Below are positions 13,727 through 25,374 of a DNA stretch of 64,000 bases, piece by piece. The DNA comes from Octopus vulgaris. Its lineage: Eukaryota. Position 1 is the stretch's first letter; every line of letters begins with the position of its first letter. The position numbers and the translations under genes are program-made. The notes beneath the pieces are model-generated. The model did not search any database. It worked only from the letters and a program-made list of their open reading frames with translations, and was not told the DNA's origin. The DNA is taken from assembly GCA_951406725.2 (NCBI GenBank), contig OX597824.1:59272001-59336000 (forward strand), read 5' to 3'.

Positions 13727-13769
<43 letters not shown>

Positions 13770-13770
13770 T

Positions 13771-13941
13771 TGCATATATGGTTACAGGACATCTCAAAAC
13801 ATAAACAACCTGGAGTACGAAGACAAACTTTTTATGCGAACAACGAGAGAAATAAATGGAAAACAAGACAAGTTATATAAAAAGCGGCTCTTCGCATTTC
13901 ATGTTATTTACGTTTTATGATGTCTTGTACCCATATATGCA
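13771..13941. repeat. Small foldback element with about 52-bp inverted arms in TA context
   Basis: gcatatatggttacaggacatc...tacgaaga versus tcttcgca...gatgtcttgtacccatatatgc. Confidence 0.65.
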
Positions 13942-13952
13942 TATATATATAT

Positions 13953-15084
13953 ATGTAAAAGTAAAAAAAAATATATACAAACTGGGACAAGAGCGTGAAA
14001 CATTTAGAAGACGACACAAAAAAACACGGACGGGACATTCGAAGCCTTCAATCTTCTGTCAAGAACCAGATCATCTTCGCAATTTCGGCTGATTAATCTT
14101 GAGATTGCTCCGACCTGGGCAGCCCCAAAGGAAAATCTAAGCCAAGCGCATTAGATTCCTTGGAAAAAAGCCTCGAATGTATAGAAAACAAGGACGGAAA
14201 ACGGACGATGTTACACGAATAAAAATACAAAAAAACGTAAAAACAATAATGATAGCACGAATAAGAATACAAAAATGTAAAAACAATAATGATAATAATA
14301 ACAACAAAACCATGACACGTCATGGACAAGCATCTTTTCGACAGGACGGGTAAAGTTTTGAGCTGACTTTAGAAGAGTACCTTAAGGCCACAGAGAGACA
14401 AACAAGTGTGTCTTCTGGACGCGAAAAGGCAGTAGTCGGTGGCTGGTCACGTGAGGAAAAAAGAGAGGAAAAAGAGGGACAGATGAGGAGAGAAAGAAGG
14501 GGAACAAGGAACAAAGGAGGAGAAGAAAGAGAGGGAAAGAGACAGATCAAGTGGAGTGTAAGGTGTGAGAGGCAGAGAAATATAGGAGAGGGGAGACAGA
14601 TGAAGAGAGAAAGAAAGAAGGGGAACAAGGGGGAGAAGAAAGAGAGAGAAAGAGACAGATCAAGAGGAGTGCAAAGTGTGAAGGCAGAGAAATGTAGGAG
14701 GGGGGAGAGACGGTGTTGTAGAGTCGTACCATGTGTTACAGAATATATACTTACATATAGGGTCAAAAAGGGGTACGTAGCCGCTTATGTACATATGTAA
14801 AAGTAAAAAAATATACAAACTGGGACAAGAACGTGAAACATTTAGAAGACGACACAAAAAACACGGATGGGACATTCGAAGCTTTCAATCTTCAGTCAAG
14901 AACCGGATCATCTTCGCAATTTCGGCTGATTTAGCACGAATAAGAATACAAAAATGTAAAAACAATAATGATAATAATAACAACAAAACCATGACACGTC
15001 ATGGACAAGCATCTTTTCGACAGGACGGGTAAAGTTTTGAGCTGACTTTAGAAGAGTACCTTAAGGCCACAGAGAGACAAACAA

Positions 15085-15088
<4 letters not shown>
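13953..15088. mobile_element. Family B element with long direct terminal repeats (pLTR-like partial tandem) in (TA)n
   Basis: 13953-14409 is repeated at 14791-15088, and the second copy lacks about 160 nt (roughly 14095-14250). A GA-rich spacer lies between them. Confidence 0.75.
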
Positions 15089-15178
<90 letters not shown>

Positions 15179-15235
15179 GCATTTATATATATATAGAGAG
15201 AGGGAGAGGAAGAGAGAGAGAGATTATTTATTTTG

Positions 15236-15291
<56 letters not shown>

Positions 15292-15479
15292 AGCGGTCTA
15301 AGGTAGACAATCCATTCTCCTTTGTGTACAACAGCTAGAGACATGGTCTTTTCTTCTACTTGGGAGAGGTTATAGCACACAAGCCATTTGGGCCTGACGG
15401 GACGCTGTAAAGCTAAGAGTTTTATGGACGCGAAACCCTGGCCAACCTCATAGACCGGGCATAATTATCTTTATCTGAA

Positions 15480-15528
<49 letters not shown>

Positions 15529-15739
15529 ATGTATGTATATAGTCAATTCAAATAAACGACTAAAAAAAGGAATACAAATGTATGTGAGGTTGTGCACAAG
15601 AAATGCAATTTAAATATACACAGTTATACATACATATATGTGTGTGTATATATACATATACATGCACACTTTCACACACACACACAAATACATTCACACA
15701 TAGACACAGACACACAGACACACACACATATATATATAT

Positions 15740-15807
<68 letters not shown>

Positions 15808-15808
<1 letters not shown>

Positions 15809-16229
15809 GTTGTATTTCAGAATGGTCATATTGCCAGTTTAGCCAATAAAAACTCACGCACTATATATTTGGTGTTACTTTGCTTCAGTGTTATTTATTT
15901 TTTACATTAATCTTAATCTTATTTCGGCTAGAGTTCTTTCGTCACACTTCTGTAACCGCATCAGTGGTCCTTTGCTATCTTCTTTCTTATTTGTGTGTCT
16001 CTCCTTACTAACTATCAGCCATTTTGTATTTCTATTGCATGTGTCTTCATTTGCGCATGCGTATATCTCTATGTGCGTCTATGTTTAGTTAGTGTGTGTG
16101 TGGGGGGGAATGCCTGTAATATTTGTATCTTCTGTTTATATACGTTCGTGTAATTTGTTTTTGTTTTTGTTTATTCTTATTTTGTTCATGTTTTTACACC
16201 CACTTATTATTATTATTATCATCATTATT

Positions 16230-16306
<77 letters not shown>

Positions 16307-17123
16307 GTATGCTTGTATTTATGTATGTATGTATGTATGTATGTATGTATAACAACAATACTAGTAATAAATAATAATATCAAAAAAAATTTTTAATTCA
16401 ATTTTTTTTATTTAAAAACACATTTTTAAAATGTATATAGTTATTTACTTCCATTTGTTTATTTATCTGTATATTTTATTTTATTTTATTATGTTTTCAG
16501 TTTTGTTTATATTGTAACCAGTTTATGGGGATCCTCTTCTGTCATATGTTGTGGTGTGTGCTAGTGTTCTATTCCAGTTTCCTATTCAGGCTAGGTTTAT
16601 CTTCTATTATGTGTGTAGCTTCCGTAATTTGTCTGATTGTTGCGCCTGTTCTATGTGTAGACAAGATTTTAACTTCTATGTTGTTGATTGAGCGCCCATG
16701 TTCCTGCTTGGCGTGTTGGTACAGAATCGATGAGCTCTTTCTTTCCTTAAGCTCTCTCCAATTTTCATTTATTCGCTCTCCTATGCTTCGTGCCGTTTCC
16801 CCTACGTATGTCGTTGTCTTGTTACTGCATCGTCCCTCTATACATCTTATACTATAGACTACATTTCTGGCTTTACAGTTTGTTTGTGGGCTAAATCTAC
16901 ACACAGTACACTACCTCTCCGTACATGGGGTTCTACTAAAAGGGTAGGTTCTACCGATTATGGATTTGATAGGGTTGCCTGGCTTTTCAACAACCTTAAT
17001 CCTTAGCATAAGTTTGTCTAGGGTCCTTCTAAAGCTAAACTGGCAAAATGACCATTCCGAAATACAACAATATCTGTTTCAACACACGATTTCACATTAA
17101 AAATCTTGCACAACAAATATATA

Positions 17124-17125
<2 letters not shown>
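15808..17125 (-). mobile_element. Penelope-like element: GIY-YIG endonuclease plus 3' UTR, with short inverted terminal arms
   Basis: ORF 16569-16904 reads CKARNVVYSIRC...YVGETARSIGERINE...HAKQEH...RQITEATHI...PSLN. Arms 15808-15843 and 17034-17069 are inverted. An HHR-like motif lies at 15925-15970 (-), and TA tracts flank both ends. Confidence 0.88.
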
Positions 17126-17185
<60 letters not shown>

Positions 17186-19246
17186 GGTATAAGCATGCAC
17201 ACACATGAACAAATAAATGAATAGCAAACGTTTGTCTTTTCTAGTAATGCAAAAACTGAGTTATGGTAATCTTAGGCGGGACTAATTTAAGCTACCATAA
17301 TTATTCCTCGCACATAGCCATAGGATTTCTCTCAGCTAGGTTTTTCTGGATGAATTGAAAGGCAAAGCAAATACGTGTCGGAGAAGCAGATGTATACATA
17401 CGTTACCACTAATATCAGTAATGTTAGACTCTATAGGTACAGAGACCTGCATGCTTGACAAACATTAAGTGAGGCCTCATTCAATGAGTACACGCTTCAA
17501 GTATATCATCCATTAATTTATTTTTCCGAGTCATTTTCGTTAGCTCATTTTAATTTAAAATCATGTGAAGTACAGGTCAAAATTCCATTATCTTTTTCTT
17601 TCTATACGAGCAAACCTTTGTTAGCTGATAAGGCTTGATTTGAGAAAGCTGCATTAATGAGGGTTAAGTAGACAGAAATATATATTTATAGCGGCTCCTC
17701 TTGCTCGTAAACAAATATCAAACTTTCCCCTAAGCATGTAAAATAATTCTTTGTTTTTTGAAATTTTCATATCTTTTGTTTGAGAACTGCTAATAATTTC
17801 GATTCTATATTTGTCTTCTTTCTCCTACGGAGAAACTCATACCAGTTTATTAAGAATTCTGTACATCACATATTCACCTCATTACCCAAATTCATATTAT
17901 TGGCTTATTTAAGTCAAAGTCCTTGGCTTATTTTATTGTTTTATCTAAAACACCTATCTATCTAAAACACATATGTTCAAATGTTTGCAGTAATACAGAA
18001 CACCTGGAGTTTAACAACAACAGTAGCAATAATAAAAGGAAAACGCCAATTATAGTGTAAATGGATTGACTAACTTATTCATTAAGACGTCTATTATAAT
18101 GTATGTGTTGAGATTTAATAAATAGAGAGAAGTACAAAAGAGAAAAGATTGTTATAAATACAGAGAGGTGCGTGTTTGACAACAACAATAACATTAAGCA
18201 GCGAACGCTAGTCATAGAAATATATATTTATGAAATTAAAATAATATCAGTCTGGAATACGAACATGGGGCCTGGCTCTTAGTCGTTCGAGCTGGCTTCG
18301 CCAGGTTTCCCTAATTACATAGTAATTACATGAGTCAGCTTATTGGTTGTTATTTTTTCCTTTATTTCCTTCTAACTCATTCTTTTGCTACTTTTACGAG
18401 CAAATAACGGCGATCAACTTAAAACTTCCTCACTCTGCGTCACTAATATTGCCTGACTTGTAAATTATGATACTTCATCTGTCGACTGCCTGCAGGAGTC
18501 GATTTGACAGGATGTTGTGCTGTTGAATCAACTTCCGGATGCTGTCTGAATGTTATATTCCGCTACGTGCTGTTTAAAATGAAAATACAGATTAAGTAAG
18601 AACTGAACGTTAAGTCACAAGTAATTTCCGCCTTATGTTTGCGTCACAGTAACCAGTCGACACAGTGAGTGTAAAACTGGGTGACCTTCACGCAAGATTA
18701 TATTATTAAACAAATTCGGGAACGGGGTAATTATATAGTCAAACATTCAATTATAAAATAACAGTATTTCTACCAAAGATTTGTAAAAATTTCTATGTCT
18801 CTTATCCTGCAGATTCCATGAGATTTTGATGCCAAATCAATTTGCACGATGCACGATTGAATGACAAAATAAATAATGATAGCATAATTAGATTTGTGTC
18901 ACAAGTTAAATGAAAAGTAAAGGCGATCATGTATCCTCTAGAAGCATTATTTGTTCAATGAATTGAAAACAGGAATCAAATTATATACGTATACATAATT
19001 TGCATAAAAAGCATTTTTTCTTCGCCATTTTGATATTGATTTCAAATTTTGGCACAAAGCCTGTAATTTCACGGAAGTGGGTAAGTCGATTATATTGACT
19101 TCAGAGTTCCACAAGTACCTCTTTTATCGACTCGGAAAGGAGTAAAGACAAAGTCGGCCTTGGAGGAATTTGAACTCAGAATGTAAAGACGGACATCTAA
19201 TAAGACAAACTTGTTTGATGTACGTTTCCATGTATATCTATATATA

Positions 19247-19305
<59 letters not shown>

Positions 19306-19444
19306 GTATATACATATATATACTCACGCATAAGTGTATGTATGTATGCATGTATGTATATATGTATGTATGCATATATGTATGCATGTATGTATGTATT
19401 CATGCATGTATGTATGTATGTATGTATTATGATTGTATGTATGT

Positions 19445-19570
19445 ATTATCCTATGAGAACCTGCAGCTTCTTTGTCCTTGCTACAGATTCACTTTTATAA
19501 CAATAATCATTGGTGCTTTTGGTTACGTTAGGAAATACCTAAATGACTATATGGAAAAGACGGGATAACT
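19445..19570 (+). pseudogene. Possible C-terminal RLE fragment of a non-LTR retrotransposon
   Basis: NLQLLCPCYRFTFITIIIGAFGYV resembles the PxxIGALG motif also seen at about 32000. Confidence 0.4.
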
Positions 19571-19702
19571 CAAACTTTACCGACACAATATGTATATAGA
19601 GCAGAAGAATGTATATAAGACTTTCCTAAACTTGAATTTGTAACATGATCGTTCGTTATCCAAACAACAGCGATAGATTTCTATATTCCTTCTAAGAATT
19701 TT

Positions 19703-19755
<53 letters not shown>

Positions 19756-19861
19756 CAGACAAACAAACAGACATGTATGTGTGTATTTATGCATATAGTA
19801 TGTGTGTATTTATGCATATATGTATGTAAGTATTGAAAGCATATTAATATTTCTCCTCTGA

Positions 19862-19988
19862 TGATTCCGCCGAGGTTGACTTTGCCTTTCATACTTTCGG
19901 GGTCGATAAATTAAGTACCAGTTGTAAATCTAATCAAATGGCACCCTCCACAAGAATTTCGGGCCTTGTGCTTTAGAGTAGAAAAGAA
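19862..19988 (+). mobile_element. SINE family A fragment (Nin/Deu-like central domain)
   Basis: ttccgccgaggttgactttgcctttcatactttcggggtcgataaattaagtaccagtt. Further copies at about 19040-19195(-), 32171-32280(+), 35390-35585(-), 36170-36320(-), 36405-36550(-) and 38800-38975(+). Confidence 0.75.
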
Positions 19989-20320
19989 TATTTCTCCTCT
20001 TATGACGTTTACAGGATATACACCTGGCTGAAACGTTGTGACCACGGTGAATGGATATGAATAAGTTTAATTATGCAATTTTCGTTTTAAAACATGAAGT
20101 TCTTTCATATTTGTACATTGTATGATCACCAGATTAGAACCACACACACATACACATACACACAAGCACGCACGCGTGCACGAACACACAAACACACACA
20201 AAAGAACACACACATACACACACATCCACTCACACACACACACACACACAAACAGACAGATATTTAGACAGATAGATAGAGAGATAGATAGAGAAATAGA
20301 TGAAATACATACATATATAT

Positions 20321-20380
<60 letters not shown>

Positions 20381-21631
20381 GGGCGGGGTGTATGTATATA
20401 AATATTTACATTTATCTTTATGCCAAAGAGGGAGAATACAGTAACACTATACTTGATCTCCTGAAATACAAAATTAACCTTAATGAAATTTAAGCACTAA
20501 ATCACAAAACATGTATGTATTGCAAACACATACACTTATGCACACACACTTATATGTATATATACATTTTTACATATATGCTTATATCCACCCTTCTTTA
20601 CAGACGTACGTAATCATACATACGTAGATACATACATACACACTTACATATATACACACATACACACAAACACGCATACATACACATACATACATACGAA
20701 ATCGTACACATATACATTCATACATACTTGCATTCATATATACGTACATACATATATACATACCTACGTACATATGTACATCCACCTATCCATCCATCCA
20801 TCCATCCATCCATCCACACATGCATACATACATACATACGTACATACATACATGCGTACATGGAAACACATACATGAATACATACATACTTACGTATATA
20901 CATACGTGCATGCATACATACTTGCATACATGCATACTTACATACATACATATATACATATATACATATATACAAACATACATACATATGTACTTACATA
21001 CATACATGGAAACACATACATGTATACATAAAGACACATACAGGAATACATACATACAAACATAATACGCACATGCATACATACTTTCATACAATCTTCT
21101 TTATTCGTGTGCATCGTCTCTCCTTTTGACCCGAGAATCTTGTAAGCTGGAAAAGAAGTAAAAAGCAAATGTGAGATCAAGGTTATAATGAAAGATGAAA
21201 TACAAGAAAACATCAATTGCATAAAATTCCAGATAATTTCAGTATTTTGATTTTCTTTCAAGAGAAAGTTAAATAACGTCCGGGATTTTACGAGACCAAT
21301 TTACATAAGCCATTTAATTATGGAGATCTTATATATATATATTTTAATATGCAACTACTAAATGCTTTCCGTCTCGCTATACTTTAACCTTGGAATGAAT
21401 TAAGCGACAGAAGAGACATAAAAATTAACTCAATTCGTTGTTATAGCTCTTTCTGTATTAACCTTCTCCATTGCATCTCTGTTTTTACATCCCACTCCTT
21501 TATCCTCCTCTTTCCTTCACTCCCGCTCTTCTTACCACTCTTTTCCTCTTTCACTCTCACTTTCTGTCTTCACGCAAACACAATTTTTTAAAGCTTTTCA
21601 TGCACAGGCAGACTCATCCATATGTTGGTGC

Positions 21632-21712
<81 letters not shown>

Positions 21713-21825
21713 CTGCTCGCTTAGCCAGCGGGGTGGCGTCAATTGAAGGCTAAAACAATGCGAAACGCATTGTGACCAGCGATGTGAAACAACATCTGAT
21801 AGCCTGGTCGGTCACGGTGATCACG

Positions 21826-21886
<61 letters not shown>

Positions 21887-21940
21887 TTGACCCCTTATTT
21901 CCTACACATTATTCCCTCTACTATTTTTTTAACTCCCAGT

Positions 21941-21978
21941 TCTTTCTGTCGAAGAGCATAGGCTCGAAACGTCAAAGA
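21941..21978 (+). ncRNA. Minimal hammerhead-like motif with variant core, in a ~190-bp element inserted in (TA)n
   Basis: ucuuu-CUGUCGA-a-gagc(auag)gcuc-GAAA-cg-UC-aaaga. Relatives at 48840-48874(-), about 9283-9317(+) and a partial copy near 5195(-). Confidence 0.6.
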
Positions 21979-22078
21979 CTTTTCCCTTCATCCCGAGGGC
22001 TAAACTAATACACCTGCTTGATGTTCCCACACTTGTCTTCGTCTTGTATTCTGCAAATTCGAGCTACAGTATATATAT

Positions 22079-22127
<49 letters not shown>

Positions 22128-22168
22128 CATAAACATATATATACATAAACACATACACACACACACAT

Positions 22169-22200
<32 letters not shown>

Positions 22201-22201
<1 letters not shown>

Positions 22202-22350
22202 GGCACAGGCACGGCCATGCGGTAAGTAGCTTACTTCCGGCTCAGTCCTATTACGTGTCGCCTTGAGCTAATGTTTTATACTATGGCCTCGGACTGACTA
22301 GGGTTTTGTGAGTGTATTTGGTAGACGGAAACTGAAAGAAACTCGTCGTA
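22201..22350 (+). mobile_element. SINE family C head (tRNA-like), followed by an internal microsatellite and a tail at about 22870-23020
   Basis: ggcacaggcacggccatgcggtaagtagctt...ggtagacggaaactgaaagaaactcgtcg. Homologs at 35926-36055(+), 40672-40835(-), 53930-54088(-) and 61526-61672(+). Confidence 0.7.
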
Positions 22351-22373
22351 TGTATGTATATATGTGTGTGTGT

Positions 22374-22705
22374 GAAGGCGCATGGCTCAGTGGTTATAAC
22401 GCCGAACCTACGACCGACAGGTTGTGAGTTCGTATCCCAGACCGGGCTGCGTGTCGTGTTCTTGAGCAAGACACTTTATTTCACGTTGCTCCAGTTCACT
22501 CAGCTGTAGAAATGCGTTGCGACGTCACTGGTGCCAAGCTGTATCGGCCTTTGCCTTTCCCTTAGATAACATCGGTGGCGTGGAGAGGGGAGGCTGGTAT
22601 GTATGGTCGACTACTGGTCTTCCATAAACAACCTTGCCCGGACTTGTGCCTCTTAGGGTAACTTTCTAGGTGCAATCTCATGATCATTCGTGACCGAAAG
22701 GGGTT
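22374..22705 (+). mobile_element. tRNA-derived SINE with CORE-like domain (family D)
   Basis: A box TGGCTCAGTGGTT, B box GAGTTCGTATCCC, then ttgagcaagacactttattt. Homologs at about 50500-50680(-), 35745-35885(+) and 34820-35070(-). Confidence 0.8.
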
Positions 22706-22718
22706 TCCGATATGTATA

Positions 22719-22770
<52 letters not shown>

Positions 22771-23071
22771 TATATATATGTATGTATGTATGTATGTATG
22801 CATGTATGTATGTATGTATGTATGTATGTATGTATGTATGTATGTATGTATGTATGTATGTATATATTTTCGTGTCTGTGTTTGTCCCTCTGCCATCGCT
22901 TGACAACGGATGCTATTGCGTTTATGTCCCTTTGTAAATTAGCAGTTCTGCACAAGGGACCGTACTTGTATATAAGTACTAGGCTTATAAAATATAAGTC
23001 CTGGTGTCAATTTCTTCGACTAAAATGACTGAGAGAATTAAAAGAATAAAATGATGAGTGTGAGTGTGTGT

Positions 23072-23108
<37 letters not shown>

Positions 23109-24023
23109 TGTGTGCGTGCGCGCGCGCGCGTGTCTGTGTGTTTGTGTGTGATATAGATACATGGTTACGCAAAAATCTATTCGGCAATGATATTTCAAAA
23201 ACGAAGTACAACTATACACCAAATATAAAAGATATTATACCGGAACCAGCTAAATTAATAGAGCATCAATGCATACGCATAAATATCAATACTTGCTCAT
23301 CAAACCTATACAGAGGTGAATATATGTGAAGCAAACGTCATTTCTGCTAAACTAAACTACACTATAGAGCGCAAACGTCAAATTAGTAATCGTTTTATGT
23401 ACAGCTGCGAAAGGGTTAATACAATCAGTATTTCTAGTAAATGCTTACACAGAAGATGGAAATGCTTTTTTATTTTTTTTAGGAAATTCCTCCATATCTT
23501 AAAATACATGTTAAGATTTTGGTACTGCATAACCGTCCCATATTAAGCAGACTAACATTGATTTCTGCTATACCTTTTTTTTTTTCACACAATTCATTGA
23601 ACTTTACTCTTCTGCTTTCCCAATGAATATCACTTTTAGTGACATACACCACTTTTTTTCCTATCGCAGGATAATGTCCGAGACTCTCCCAGCTGCTTTA
23701 ATGATTCTTTCTCTAATGTTTGGTAAAATTTAAAGGAAAATTTCCATTCCAGACAAGGTAGTGCAATATATTTGTGCTACGTTTAATGAGTCAGTGTCCC
23801 AATGTTTGATTAGGATTTTTTACTCCCTCAGGGAAAACTAAGTAACAATGTATTACTGACTACACTATATCATCAGTCAGTCGGTCATTTTGTTTGGTTG
23901 GTCGGTTGTTCGGTTGGTTCGTTTGTTGGCTCGTTTGTTGGTTGGCTGGTTAGTTAGTTGGTTGGTCGGTTGGTTGGTTGGTTTGTTGGTTCGTCAGTTA
24001 GATATATGATACATACATGCATA

Positions 24024-24192
<169 letters not shown>

Positions 24193-25374
24193 TTTCTCTG
24201 TGCTTGAGGTATTATATTTGAAAGGAATATAATTGAGAATGTGCTTAAGATAAAAGTATTGTACCTAGTTTTTGTTTTTTAAGAGCAGCCTTAACACTCT
24301 ACGCCACGTAGCGCCGCCACCCTATAGCGCTCCTTAACATTTGTTTTCTCCTTGCGAGTTAATAAAGCCCTCAAGGAGGTACAGTCATCTAGGGTACGAA
24401 ACACTGTTCTATAGAATTTAATTTAAATATTTTAGCATTCTGCGTTTACCCTCTGATAGTAAAATAGATGTTAGCTGCATACTGCAATTAAATTAATTAA
24501 ATATATCTCTCATTTTAAATTGTGTCCTTGTACCAACGCAAAGACTCATATTTTAATTAATATTGGAGGTTGTTGATTACAGAATCAGCAAGACACTGAA
24601 CTAATTGCCTTGTTAGTATTTGTTAACATCCCTAGTCTATATTCAAATCTCACCAGGATCGAATTTTACTTTCATCTTCTCTAGTTGATAAAACGTGTGC
24701 CAGTCATGTACCAAGGGCGGTATCATTAAACCTGAGTACATTTCTCTTCTAAAATGTATGACCTTCAGCCAAATTTAGAAATCTACACTGAAAGATAATG
24801 GACCGAAGAAAATGCAAAGTACCTTACGTTTATTCACGTCACTTCACATTATTATTTGAAATCCCACTGAGATTGACTTAGCCATTCATTCTATCTGAAA
24901 CGATAAAATATATACAGCTAAAATACTGGTTGATTCAATCTTGTATCATATAACCTTCAAAGTGGGGATTGTGACTACGTAAGAAATGTTTATTATGTGT
25001 AAATGTGGAATGCTTTCATTCTGATTGTTTGTAATAAGGATGGAAATTTACTGAAGAGAGACATAATCACTTAATGTGTGATATAGTAAGTCGATCAATC
25101 AGTCCGTTACGTTTAATGTTTGTATAAAAGCCATATGACATTTTTGTGTTTTATACAACCGACTTTTTTTAGGGACACATATCTAACAGGGAACAAATGC
25201 TTAAAATTGTTTCCAGTGTCTAAATGTGACATTTATAAAATATAGGTAACGCTTGATTTTTTCTTATTTTCTTATGACATCAGCTTGGTGCAGAATGTTA
25301 ATAAATGTATTACACACACAGGCGGATATACACATGTCAATATACACCAATAAAGACTAGAAAAGCTTTTATCA

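Larger units (their letters stand above)
12475..13730. mobile_element. Non-coding HHR-bearing retroelement (retrozyme or pLTR-like): inverted arm plus about 1.5 tandem units, inserted in (TA)n
   Basis: 12475-12919 is the reverse complement of 13186-13638. 12918-13188 is a direct copy of 13433-13733 with small deletions. (TA)n lies on both sides. Confidence 0.85.

Noticed and set aside
22374-22446. tRNA-like sequence with A and B boxes
   Set aside because: It continues into a SINE body and is not a convincing cloverleaf tRNA gene.
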